Shown here: positions 22,791 to 31,351 of the stretch, in pieces
Position numbering within the stretch: the stretch's first letter is position 1
How the letters are laid out: each line of letters opens with the position of its first letter
Source of the DNA: Methanobacteriota archaeon
GTDB lineage: Archaea; Halobacteriota; Bog-38; Methanoflorentales; Methanoflorentaceae
Direction: 5' to 3'
Assembly (NCBI GenBank): GCA_963719035.1
Contig: CAVRAO010000002.1
Location: forward strand, 128,001 to 192,000
DNA length: 64,000 bases
Made by a program: the position numbers and the translations under genes
Notes under the pieces: generated by a model
Told to the model about the DNA's origin: nothing
The model's database searches: none
What the model saw: the letters and a program-made list of their open reading frames with translations, nothing else

Positions 22791-23048
22791 GTGCGCGACG
22801 ATTGTCTCCAGGTCGATGAGCTCCTATTGCAGCTGGCGGACTACAAGAACGACTACGCGGACGTAGCCGCAGCAAAACTTTTAAAGAAGTGCTCTACCAG
22901 TTGGAAAGCCTATCGATATCTACAGGACCGCGTTCACGATGCCTGGCTGCCTGATAACGCCCGGCAGCAGGTTCGACAGATTATCAAAAAGATACAGGTG
23001 CAGATACACCAGCAGCGCGAATACAGCTGGACGTATCAACAGCCGTGA
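22791..23048 (+). CDS. Hypothetical protein
   Basis: 85-aa ORF with plausible helical composition; no recognised motif. Confidence 0.4.
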   Translation: MRDDCLQVDELLLQLADYKNDYADVAAAKLLKKCSTSWKAYRYLQDRVHDAWLPDNARQQVRQIIKKIQVQIHQQREYSWTYQQP

Positions 23049-23247
23049 GCGTGCAAAATAAAAGTTTTGCTAGTTTGTTAGCCATAAAACTACACGCAAC
23101 AAACTGAGAGGAAGGTTCTTCAAGCAAGTATCAGCGACGAAGGCTAGGGGCACACTAAAAATTTGAGGTAAATACCCTAGTTTGGCCAAGAGTATATAAA
23201 CGGCCCCTTGCCTTCGAACGTGGTTGTTATCATACGATATTTTAATA

Positions 23248-23272
23248 CGCGTGACAAGTTTTTGTCACACAT
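23248..23272. promoter_or_regulatory. Palindrome GTGACAA-gttt-TTGTCAC
   Basis: Perfect 7-bp arms at 23251-23268; flanks cgc...acat shared with the 4070 copy. Confidence 0.55.
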
Positions 23273-23477
23273 CAACGCCCGTGAAAAGTGGGCGCCCCTC
23301 TCGAAGGGTAAAGTCGACATGAAAAACTAAGGTGTAACGCTTTAAAAAATGTCTGGACCGTAGTCGCTTTTTGAAATAACGCCCAGTGTGACGTTATTAT
23401 CGTCGACAGAAAAAACCGATCACGATATTATGAGGCGTGATTCATGTACAAAGTACTGAAAACGTAGGAGGGAACAA

Positions 23478-23639
23478 ATGATTGAGAAGGGACTGATCTT
23501 AACCGGCAGCGATGCGGACGTATTGAGCAGTGCGCTTTCAGAAGTGAAAACGATAGTCTATAAAAAGGCAGGAACTCAATTAGATGATAGCCAAGCGCTC
23601 GATGCGCTCGTTTCGTATTTCCTTAATGCCGAAAGATAG
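23478..23639 (+). CDS. 53-aa hypothetical microprotein
   Basis: MIEKGLILTGSDADVLSSALSEVK...LVSYFLNAER; AGGAGG RBS upstream. Confidence 0.6.
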   Translation: MIEKGLILTGSDADVLSSALSEVKTIVYKKAGTQLDDSQALDALVSYFLNAER

Positions 23640-23654
23640 ACAAAAAGAGAAGTT

Positions 23655-23705
23655 TCACTTGTATTTTAGCCCCTTACGTAAGCGCCTGGTGCTCGGCACG
23701 ATTAT
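23655..23705 (+). repeat. 51-bp dispersed repeat, copy 1 (inverted copy at 32419-32469)
   Basis: 47/51 identity by manual alignment. Confidence 0.85.
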
Positions 23706-23820
23706 TGAGGGGACAGTCGTAAAGCCTGATCGTGGCCAGGAACTGCTCGATCTAAGTTAGATAGCTGGGTCATCTATGGAGTGGCATTACCTAAAAGCAC
23801 GAAGTAAATGGTGACAAAAA

Positions 23821-23997
23821 ATGAACTGTGAAGAAAAACTAAAAATCCTGATGGATGCTTGTGAGAAGGCATTAATGTACGGGTGGGAAGATAACTTCAA
23901 TTGGAGCAAGGATAAACCAGAAGAATTTTGGGATGAAGAAGAAGCGTGGATTGCAATAAAAGAAGCGTTTGTTAAAGTAAAAGGTGACAAAAAATGA
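23821..23997 (+). CDS. 58-aa virus-like hypothetical protein
   Basis: MNCEEKLKILMDACEKAL...KVKGDKK; GGTGA RBS; ATGA overlap with next gene. Confidence 0.7.
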   Translation: MNCEEKLKILMDACEKALMYGWEDNFNWSKDKPEEFWDEEEAWIAIKEAFVKVKGDKK

Positions 23998-24263
23998 GTG
24001 ACACAGATAAAGAAGTCCTTAAAAAAGTATTAGAACTTTGTGAGAAAGGAATCGATCAGGCGAGAAAAGATGCAACAAATTCTGTTGGTACTGCCGAATC
24101 TTATGCGAATGGTCAAGCCGTTGCATATATGACAGTCGTTGAACTAATCATGCGTATGAAGCAAGAAGTCACTCTAGATTATAAAGAGGCGTGGGATTCT
24201 CTAGTAAACACGAAGAGCATCAAATCGATAAAAGAAGAATGGAGTGAAGGCGACAAAAAATAA
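23994..24263 (+). CDS. 89-aa virus-like hypothetical protein
   Basis: GGTGA RBS, AT-rich, ends in GDKK like the upstream gene. Confidence 0.7.
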   Translation: MSDTDKEVLKKVLELCEKGIDQARKDATNSVGTAESYANGQAVAYMTVVELIMRMKQEVTLDYKEAWDSLVNTKSIKSIKEEWSEGDKK

Positions 24264-24501
24264 TAAGTGCAGCAATAACGAAAACAACGATAGCAATTAC
24301 CACAACGAAGGCGGCGGCATTCGTTTTTATAGTCAATCCTATCCTGCGTACCAGCCTCCCTGCCGATTTATGGTATTTGGACTTAAGCAGAGAGCTGGCC
24401 CCGCATTGTTGTACAGCTAGCGCCTAGAGCAATAACGCCGTGTAGCCGCTTATTCTTCATAAATCCGTTATTCGTTTGCTGCTTGGCCACACGTGCTGAC
24501 C

Positions 24502-24523
24502 GGGGCCTAATACAGGCTCTGAC
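24502..24523 (+). repeat. att-like site GGGGCC-TAATACA-GGCTCTGAC
   Basis: 13/15 arm match to the tRNA-Asp anticodon arm, 7-nt spacer. Confidence 0.7.
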
Positions 24524-24620
24524 TAACTCTTTAATAAACCAGCTGCCTCCACTAGTTAAAAAACGAGTTCGGCGTCCCTGCCAAAACGAATTAATAGCAG
24601 GTCAATTCTGGATACTGACT

Positions 24621-25013
24621 ATGGATAGTGAGGGGTCAAGAAGGAAATTCGAAAATATCGGCGATTACATCGCTACGTTTCCTAAGAATGTTCAGCACAC
24701 GCTCAGGGAGCTGAGGAGTGCAATCAAAGAATCGGCGCCTGAAGCTGAAGAAACCATTAGTTATGGAATGCCCACCTTCAAGCTCAATGGTAACTTAGTA
24801 CATTTTGCCGCCTATGAGAAGCATATCGGGTTCTATCCAACCCCTTCCGCCATTCTTGCTTTCAAGGAGAAATTATCCATTTATAAGCAATCAAAAGGAG
24901 CGGTTCAATTTCCAATCGATGGGCCGATTCCGTTAGATATTGTAAGGGAGATGGTCAGGTTCAGAGTAAAAGAAAATCTGACAAAAGGTGCAAGAAGGAG
25001 AAAAAAGGACTGA
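24621..25013 (+). CDS. DUF1801/YdhG-like protein
   Basis: DYIATFP, APEAEETISYGMPTF, HIGFYP, SKGAVQFP; likely start MDSEG. Confidence 0.9.
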   Translation: MDSEGSRRKFENIGDYIATFPKNVQHTLRELRSAIKESAPEAEETISYGMPTFKLNGNLVHFAAYEKHIGFYPTPSAILAFKEKLSIYKQSKGAVQFPIDGPIPLDIVREMVRFRVKENLTKGARRRKKD

Positions 25014-25094
25014 GACTGAGCTGACTTGTTCAAAAACGCTACTTTTATCCTCCGCTGCACTTTAACTAGAACTAACTAAACAAGAGGTGGAATA

Positions 25095-25232
25095 ATGACA
25101 GAAGACGATAAGAACGAAATCATAAAGTGCACTGTCTCGTGCCCCGAGTGTGGTGCTGAGATGGTCTGCACGCACGAAGACCCAAAACACGAAGAGAAGC
25201 ACAGGTGTGAAAAAGGCCACGTGTGGACCTGA
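25095..25232 (+). CDS. 45-aa CPxCG-type zinc-finger microprotein
   Basis: MTEDDKNEIIKCTVSCPECGAEMVCTH...HRCEKGHVWT; GAGGTG RBS. Confidence 0.65.
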   Translation: MTEDDKNEIIKCTVSCPECGAEMVCTHEDPKHEEKHRCEKGHVWT

Positions 25233-25300
25233 AGAAAGCTTTAATATCAATACACAGCTAGTAAGCTGTGCTGCGTCAAGCGGCCATTACGCTTGTGCAT
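25233..25300 (+). promoter_or_regulatory. tRNA promoter (BRE/TATA gaaagctttaatat) and hairpin leader
   Basis: Duplicated at 19588-19656. Confidence 0.75.
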
Positions 25301-25373
25301 GCCCGGGTAGTGTAGCGGCCTATCATGGAGCCCTGTCGAGGCTCCGACTCGGGTTCAAATCCCGACTCGGGCG
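25301..25373 (+). tRNA. tRNA-Asp(GUC), no intron, CCA not encoded
   Basis: Acceptor stem GCCCGGG/CTCGGGC, anticodon arm GAGCC-CTGTCGA-GGCTC, GTTCAAATC T-loop, T-tract downstream. Confidence 0.96.
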
Positions 25374-25754
25374 CTCCTTTTTTGTAATAGAGTAATCTGC
25401 AGTGTTATTTGCTGCTAGGAATTCTAAACTGCGCTTTTCTATGTCGCTATCCTTCTTATTGCCCTTTATTTCTCGTGGTTCGCCTTTAGCGTCGCGTATA
25501 TCCAAAGCTAACCTTAAAGCGCCTATCGTTTCGTCAGCACGCCTTATAATCTCGTCTTTACCCTCTAACACCGCACGCAGCCGTATTATTTCAGTATTAT
25601 CCTGCTTATCAAGTGCGACAATACGACCTTCGACATAAGCAGTTAAAGCTTCAATCGTTAGGGCCGAACGGGTTACGTTATTGCTGTTCGCTCGTTCAAT
25701 AACGGCTTTTAACAGCTCGGCAGGTAATGTAATAGACATACGGGATAGCGTCAT
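25323..25754 (-). CDS. CopG/ribbon-helix-helix + coiled-coil protein reading antisense into the tRNA 3' half
   Basis: RMSITLPAELLKAVIERA....VTRSAL..EAL..Y. Confidence 0.75.
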   Translation of the reverse strand: MTLSRMSITLPAELLKAVIERANSNNVTRSALTIEALTAYVEGRIVALDKQDNTEIIRLRAVLEGKDEIIRRADETIGALRLALDIRDAKGEPREIKGNKKDSDIEKRSLEFLAANNTADYSITKKERPSRDLNPSRSLDRAP

Positions 25755-26085
25755 ACGTTCCGTATGATAATACCTTATTTAGTATTAAGCTGCCGATATC
25801 ATCGCACTCGTTCGTGTTTCTAGAAAATGTCACAAGAACTGATGGCATCAAAAAACCGGTTAAAAGTAGGTACCTGTATAGTTTTTTATAATCATAGCCG
25901 AACGGGCCGCGTGTGCGTGTTTAAACCTCGATATAACCGCCTGTTTGAAGCGATGGAATGGGCAACAGGTAACGCCGCGACTTAATCTTAATAATAGAAA
26001 AAAATCGATAAAATCCTTCTTAACTCGCGTATTGGTCCCGTCGCCTAAATATAAACCGATAGAATTCGGCGCGTGCCCTATCTGC

Positions 26086-26223
26086 TTAATCCTTACATTG
26101 CGGGCATACGTTACTCGTCGTTGATACAAACTCCCAGCAATATATGCACCTATAGATGCGCTTCCAGGGTACGCCGGACGTCGTGTCCATGCGTCCCCAT
26201 TTCGGACGCGTTTTATATGCCAC
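26086..26223 (-). CDS. Zinc-ribbon microprotein (CIYC...CPQC)
   Basis: GTG 26223 or ATG 26190 start; YRCIYCWEFVSTTSNVCPQCKD. Confidence 0.5.
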   Translation of the reverse strand: MAYKTRPKWGRMDTTSGVPWKRIYRCIYCWEFVSTTSNVCPQCKD

Positions 26224-26297
26224 CGCTGCTATATTATCGCCCGCTCTCGTCGAGTTCGTTCAATAATCGCGCGTGTAGCCGCATACTTAGATATCAG

Positions 26298-26414
26298 TTA
26301 TGTCGTTTGCATTATTCTGCGCGAGCGGCGGTAATACTGACAATAAGGGACTAAATCATTATCGCCACGCAGTTTACAATCAGCGTATTTCTCGCACTGT
26401 CGGCAGTCCATCAT
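26298..26414 (-). CDS. 38-aa Cys-rich microprotein
   Basis: MMDCRQCEKYADCKLRGDNDLVPYCQYY...; GGCGTGA RBS-like sequence. Confidence 0.5.
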   Translation of the reverse strand: MMDCRQCEKYADCKLRGDNDLVPYCQYYRRSRRIMQTT

Positions 26415-26438
26415 TTTATTCACGCCTTTTCTAGCAGC

Positions 26439-26567
26439 TTACCTATGTAACCGGACACCCTTATGATAGCGCAGAATCGCTAGAATAATATCATCTGGAT
26501 TATCGGCGTTGATCGTGAGAGAACCGACCTTTATCGGAATTTTTTCCTTCGTCGTTTTATCGTTCAT
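26439..26567 (-). CDS. 42-aa hypothetical microprotein
   Basis: MNDKTTKEKIPIKVGSLTINADNPDDIILAILRYH...; co-oriented with neighbours. Confidence 0.45.
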   Translation of the reverse strand: MNDKTTKEKIPIKVGSLTINADNPDDIILAILRYHKGVRLHR

Positions 26568-26605
26568 ATCTATACACCATCTTAGCGCAATGCCCCCACC
26601 CTACC

Positions 26606-26752
26606 CTATAATTGTATTCTGACGATTTCTCCAAAAGCGTCAGCTGTACATTTGACACATGTGGCGGCGTCCGCCTCTCCATAGGCGCATTCAGAATGGA
26701 GATCGCGTAGGCAGATGTTGCTCTTCACAGTTTCAGTTAATAGTTCTTTCAT
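26606..26752 (-). CDS. 48-aa Cys/His microprotein, C-x4-H-x2-C-x9-C-x2-C
   Basis: MKELLTETVKSNICLRDLHSECAYGEADAATCVKCTADAF...; GGGGAG RBS. Confidence 0.6.
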   Translation of the reverse strand: MKELLTETVKSNICLRDLHSECAYGEADAATCVKCTADAFGEIVRIQL

Positions 26753-26835
26753 TTTGTTTGACTCCCCTTTTGGTATTTTGATAGCAAGGACCTCCCTACT
26801 ACCAATAGCACCGACGACACGTCACTATGTAACCC

Positions 26836-26860
26836 CGCGTGACAACAACTGAGTGTCACG
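26836..26860. promoter_or_regulatory. Palindrome CGTGACA-N9-TGTCACG
   Basis: Perfect 7-bp arms upstream of the microprotein run. Confidence 0.55.
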
Positions 26861-27008
26861 GTATCGACATATGCTCGCAGCTTACGCAGTAGGTCATAGT
26901 CAATAATAGGAAAAGAAGAGTCAATTACCTACCCGGCGGGCGTATCGTGAAAGTACTAACCTGGCGGGTATCTTTCTGTACGAGAGCAATAGTAATGCAG
27001 CGTGATGA

Positions 27009-27422
27009 TTACGTTACGTGTTTGCGTTCCTTTACCGCTTTCGGTAGGTCAAGATATAGCTCAAACGCTTGGTATCGCGCATCAAACCGCGTCTTTGATA
27101 AGTAGCGGAAAAACGCCTTTGCGAAGTTTATTACCTTTCGCTTCGCGTAAATGTCGCTATATTTATCCAGAACGTAATTACGAAGCTCGTTTGCGGTTAT
27201 CCTGCTAATTTCGCCCTTTGTATAGCGCCATAGAATATCTGCGGCCTTATTTAGCCAATTAATCGTTTTTCGCTAAGTCCTGCGATACGAAGGTTATATA
27301 ATCTTTTAACTCGCTTCTCGAAAATGTCAGGTTAAGCTTATCTAGTCTGTCGCTATCGCATACGCTAGAATTAGATTGCTTTATTGAATTTTAACCATTA
27401 ATAGCGTTTAATCGCCTAAATA
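27009..27422 (-). pseudogene. Truncated, frameshifted paralog of the 19722 integrase
   Basis: LDKLNLTFSRSEL / INWLNKAADILW / YAKRKVINFAKAFFRYLSKTRFDARYQAFELYLDLPKAVKERKHVT* aligns with the intact copy; catalytic domain absent. Confidence 0.88.
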
Positions 27423-27470
27423 AGCCCTGTCGAGGCTTCTGATTTTGTTCAGAGCAGACTCTTAGGAAGC

Positions 27471-28307
27471 CTAAACCTGTGGAGGGCCTCGCTCAAGCAG
27501 CTCTTGTATCCGTTGTTCTGCAGGGATTGACTGCTGCCACAACAGTTCGAAGGTGGAGGCGAGGTATTGAGCATACGTTGGGTCATCACTCCAGAGCACG
27601 CTTACCAGTTCTCTAAGCGAGGCGCGTTTTAAGTCGGCGGCATTAATCACGCTCATACCAATTTTTCCATCAAAAACGCAGAACAATAGCCCTGAGTACG
27701 TGTTAAAATGACGTACTTCCATTCCAGCGTCTAAGTGCTCTCGGATTAGCTCAATAAACGGATAAGTGACGTCAGTTATAAATCGTATCCTCCCCCCCCG
27801 GTCTATAAACTTCTTATCGTCCTCAACAAAAAACAAGGATGAAAACACCGTCAGTATAGGGGGGACAACTGCGAACCAGTCCTTTTCAGCTGAGGCCAGG
27901 GCAGATAGCGTTACAGTCACCACTTCTTTCATGCTCTTGAGAATTTTGTACGAGGCAATCTCACCGGCGGGCCGAAACCGCTGTTGCTCTGAGAGCTCTT
28001 GTAGCTCCTGCTTTCGCACCTCCATCTCGCGTATTTCGCTTTCGTGCCTTTTGAGCGCAGCGTCAAGAGCGGTTTCGAGGTCTACTGCTGTGTAAACCGT
28101 TGGTGTATCGAGTGAGGGCCGCACCATACCTTTCTCGATGAGGCCGGTAAGCGTCCGGTGCACGTCCTCCCGATATGTTTTAAGAGACTTGGCGAGAGGG
28201 GAAGGGGTTTTTGGGCCGTACCTAAGCAGATGTAAGTAAAGCTGAGCCTCTTTTTCACTGAGCCCAAATTGAGTTAAACGACGGATGAACTCATCGTCCT
28301 CAGTCAT
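27471..28307 (-). CDS. TrmB-family transcriptional regulator
   Basis: Close paralog of 1453..2289. Confidence 0.9.
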   Translation of the reverse strand: MTEDDEFIRRLTQFGLSEKEAQLYLHLLRYGPKTPSPLAKSLKTYREDVHRTLTGLIEKGMVRPSLDTPTVYTAVDLETALDAALKRHESEIREMEVRKQELQELSEQQRFRPAGEIASYKILKSMKEVVTVTLSALASAEKDWFAVVPPILTVFSSLFFVEDDKKFIDRGGRIRFITDVTYPFIELIREHLDAGMEVRHFNTYSGLLFCVFDGKIGMSVINAADLKRASLRELVSVLWSDDPTYAQYLASTFELLWQQSIPAEQRIQELLERGPPQV

Positions 28308-28531
28308 GCGCTGCCCGGAAGGTACGTGAACTAAGCAGTAAATAAAGATTGGGTTCTGAGGTTCTGGTTAATAATAGGTGAAGTTAGGCGTTGAAAATGT
28401 GGTTTGTGAAATGGTTGGCGCGTGCCCTTCACGTTAGCTATTCATAAAAGTTGCAAAAGGGGAACCCTTAAGCCGCTAAGGTATATACACCTTTACTACA
28501 TAGGTGCTCGCAGAGCACGCACTCATCTGTT

Positions 28532-29017
28532 ATGCCCCACGGATTCATAATTAACGGCGTAAAAGACGCACTTGCAGCCGCCTTAGGGATACTTGAGTCA
28601 CAACAAAAAGAGGTCGCGTGGCTTGTGCCACCTTCGGTTCATTCCCTCGCAACGACCCTTGGCTTCCTTGAAGCAATGAGGGCATTTGTCAAGCGCGGCG
28701 GAGTGTCACGAGGAATAGTTGCCGTGTCGCGCGAGAACGTTGACGAGATACGAATGAGCGTAGAGAGTGGCGAGGACATTCGCCATAGTGACGCGGTGCA
28801 CGAAGTCTTCATGTATGTAGGAGACAAGCAGAAGAGCGTTAGCGCGCTAAACATTGGAGTTGTGGAATTCAGGCTCGATACTCCGGTCGCTGCCTTTTGG
28901 AGTGAAGACCCCACATATATAGAGTACCTGCTCGCTGCCTTCGAGACTGTATGGGCACAGGCAATACCTGCTCAGGAGCGGATAGAGCAGTTAGAAAAAG
29001 AAAAAAAGCAGCGCTAA
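28532..29017 (+). CDS. Stand-alone TrmB effector-domain protein (no HTH)
   Basis: Paralog of 235..714 (IIN.VKDALA, VGDK..S.S, AFWSEDPTY.EYLL). Confidence 0.87.
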   Translation: MPHGFIINGVKDALAAALGILESQQKEVAWLVPPSVHSLATTLGFLEAMRAFVKRGGVSRGIVAVSRENVDEIRMSVESGEDIRHSDAVHEVFMYVGDKQKSVSALNIGVVEFRLDTPVAAFWSEDPTYIEYLLAAFETVWAQAIPAQERIEQLEKEKKQR

Positions 29018-29413
29018 ACGTCATGTGCCTTTAAAGGCTCAGCTTTGTTTTTAGTCGCCGGCTGTTCTCTTGGCTCATTTAACCACACACAGAAGGCAAC
29101 GTTGTCAAGCGCCTAGAACGAGTCGCTGCTTGAACTTGAGCTGCTCGAACTCGACGACAAGTTACTGCTGCTACTGCGATATGCAGAAATTACACTTCGC
29201 ATAGTTTTATGACTTAAACAGTCAATTATAGGGCATCAAAAACATAACCGAAGTTGGAATAGCTACGTAAAAGCAAAAAAGCCATTATTTACGAAATAAG
29301 GGGACATGAAGGGGATCCTGTTTTCATTATTCGATTCGACCCCGGAATACATCGTACGTCAGATGTAATCGCCGTTGGACAGATCAACCCGAGCAGCAGT
29401 TTCTACTTTTAGA

Positions 29414-29435
29414 ATCGGAGCCTCGCAAAGGCTCT
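29414..29435 (+). repeat. att-like site ATCGGAGCC-TCGCAAA-GGCTCT
   Basis: 13/15 arm match, 7-nt spacer, intergenic. Confidence 0.65.
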
Positions 29436-29691
29436 CGCTTCTGGTCTCTGTGAGAACGCGCAAGAAAGTTTTGTGTCACGTTTTGGAAGACTACCTAGCT
29501 AGCAGCAGCGAAGCTCGCGCATAGCGCGACTGCTCGCGCAAGCAAGCAAACGATGAGCTCAAAGTCTGAACTTCAGTGTCTTTTTTGCCGTGCTGCGCGG
29601 CATCTGAGCGCCATGAGTGTGCCGAACGGGTTCTTCAAAAGATTTCAGCAAAAACTTTTTCACTTCATCGTGAGCGTACTCCTAGTACGGT

Positions 29692-30555
29692 ATGACGAGC
29701 GATGATGAGTTTACCCTACGACTCACCGAGTTCGCATTGAGCCAGAAGGAAGCCCGGGTCTATTTTCAGTTGCTCAAATATGGGCCGCAGCCTGCAGCTG
29801 TCGTTGCAAAGCGTCTGGAGACGTATCGTGAGGACGTGCATCGAACATTGAGGCAGCTTGTTAAGAAGGGCATCGCGTGCCAATCACTGAGCAAACCAGC
29901 AGTACACGCGGCGATGCCCCTTGAAGACGCGCTTGATGCGGCCCTGAGACAAAAAACCAGAGAACTGCGGTACAAAGAGGATGTGAAGCAAGAGCTCATC
30001 AGGCTTGCGCCGCGCGTGAGTCCCTTGCCGCTGGAAGAGTATTGCAGTTATCGGGTGGTGACTGGCTGCAATGAGTGCATCGCGGCTAGCTTGGTGCAGG
30101 CCGAAGCGGCGGTGCACGATATTTTAACGATCGGTCACCCTGCTGCGCTGGCATACTCATACAAACAAGGATTTTTCAAGACGTTTCTAGACGCAGTGGA
30201 GCACGGGGTGGAGATGCGCTTCATCCTCGACGTATCCAGTCAAGCACTTGACGCGGTTCGCGCTGCTATCGAAGGAGGGATCGACGTGCGGCATTATGAG
30301 CAGTACCGAGGGATAATGTTCACGCTCGTTGACTCTAAGGAGAGTTTCACGGTTGTGGCGTTTGATCCGCGTTACAGTCCTAAGGACACTAAGCATACCG
30401 CATTTTTGTGCGACAACCCTAAGTACGCGCACAGACTTGCAACCCAGTTTGAGCTGGTCTGGAGACAATCGATCGACGGAACGCAGCGGGCACAAGATTT
30501 GAGGAGCGAAACTCCAGACCCCGCCTCTGACCGGTCCAGCGCGTCCACGTTGTAA
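29692..30555 (+). CDS. TrmB-family transcriptional regulator
   Basis: LSQKEARVYFQLLKYGP...TYREDVHRTL; RHYEQYRGI. Confidence 0.9.
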   Translation: MTSDDEFTLRLTEFALSQKEARVYFQLLKYGPQPAAVVAKRLETYREDVHRTLRQLVKKGIACQSLSKPAVHAAMPLEDALDAALRQKTRELRYKEDVKQELIRLAPRVSPLPLEEYCSYRVVTGCNECIAASLVQAEAAVHDILTIGHPAALAYSYKQGFFKTFLDAVEHGVEMRFILDVSSQALDAVRAAIEGGIDVRHYEQYRGIMFTLVDSKESFTVVAFDPRYSPKDTKHTAFLCDNPKYAHRLATQFELVWRQSIDGTQRAQDLRSETPDPASDRSSASTL

Positions 30556-30745
30556 AAAGTGCTTGCACGCAGCAGCAAACGTCGGCTTTAAACCGTCCGC
30601 TTGAGAACAATAGGGTTATGTGGTGTAAGAAGTGGCAATCGCCTCACAGATTAGGTTTTCAACAGGACGTTTCCCTAATACCGCAAATAGACATTATACA
30701 CGTGCTCAGGCAGCGGATGCCAATAGTTGCCACATAGGTTCTTAC

Positions 30746-30767
30746 GTCGGAGCCTGTGTTAGGCTCC
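30746..30767 (+). repeat. att-like site GTCGGAGCC-TGTGTTA-GGCTCC
   Basis: 15/15 arm match to the reverse complement of the tRNA-Asp anticodon arm, different spacer. Confidence 0.8.
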
Positions 30768-31045
30768 GGCTATCGTACAGAAGAAATAAATGAAGCTCGG
30801 CTATGTGTAATTCGAGCGCTTTAAAGCACGGGCGCGGTTATATTCAGTCCCATGTTTGACAGGGCCGTCTGCAGGCTGAATCATACTATAAAATTAACTT
30901 AAAAAGAAGAGAAACAAGCGGCCTCATATGCTATTGTTCACCTTACCTTAGCATGCTTTGTTCGATTGCAGTGCTGCCGCGTAGGGTCGAACGCGAAAAA
31001 GAAGAGGAACGGTTAAGCTAACACGTGTGCTGCTTGCATAAGCGT

Positions 31046-31345
31046 ATGCAATTTCGACTGGTAGTTATCGGACTCATCGTGTTGGTTATAATCGGGTTCG
31101 TAGTTTTTGTTGCAGGTTCAGTTGTCATAGGCGTAGATATGGCTATATATCCGGCGTGGATGTGGATCATTTCCCTCGTTGTCATCATTTTCCTTACCGC
31201 CATTATCGCCGTGCTACTGGTAGGATGGCAGGATTCCCATTACGACGAGGACGCGCCTGACGAAGAACGCTACTATCGGGACCGCCGCCGCTGCGTTGCA
31301 TGTAACAGCTCTATATTAGGCAATATGCTATCCTACTTGTGCTAG
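31046..31345 (+). CDS. Small two-TM membrane protein
   Basis: Two long hydrophobic stretches and an acidic tail; C-terminus possibly truncated. Confidence 0.55.
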   Translation: MQFRLVVIGLIVLVIIGFVVFVAGSVVIGVDMAIYPAWMWIISLVVIIFLTAIIAVLLVGWQDSHYDEDAPDEERYYRDRRRCVACNSSILGNMLSYLC

Positions 31346-31351
31346 TTTTTG

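Larger units (their letters stand above)
19683..25340. mobile_element. Integrated element 1 (integrase + cargo) bounded by duplicated tRNA-Asp 5' halves
   Basis: Direct repeats at both ends; integrase begins immediately inside the left repeat. Confidence 0.8.
25329..27461. mobile_element. Decayed integrated element 2 bounded by tRNA-Asp 3'-half repeats
   Basis: agccctgtcgaggct repeated at 27423-27437, followed by a degenerate 3' half (gttca...gactc); integrase remnant just inside. Confidence 0.75.

Noticed and set aside
23070-23153. Minus-strand frame with DTCLKNLP downstream of the 23251 palindrome, a possible third C-x4-H microprotein
   Set aside because: His and the remaining Cys residues are missing; similarity is too weak.
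25150-25395. ORF in phase with the 19722 integrase after in silico excision, a possible IntN
   Set aside because: Its GTG lies inside the better-supported CPECG microprotein gene and upstream of the tRNA TATA box, with no RBS; the open frame may be incidental.
29113-29202. Poly-Ser (minus) / Leu-Glu-rich (plus) short frame
   Set aside because: Very short, low complexity, no RBS; cannot be supported as a gene.
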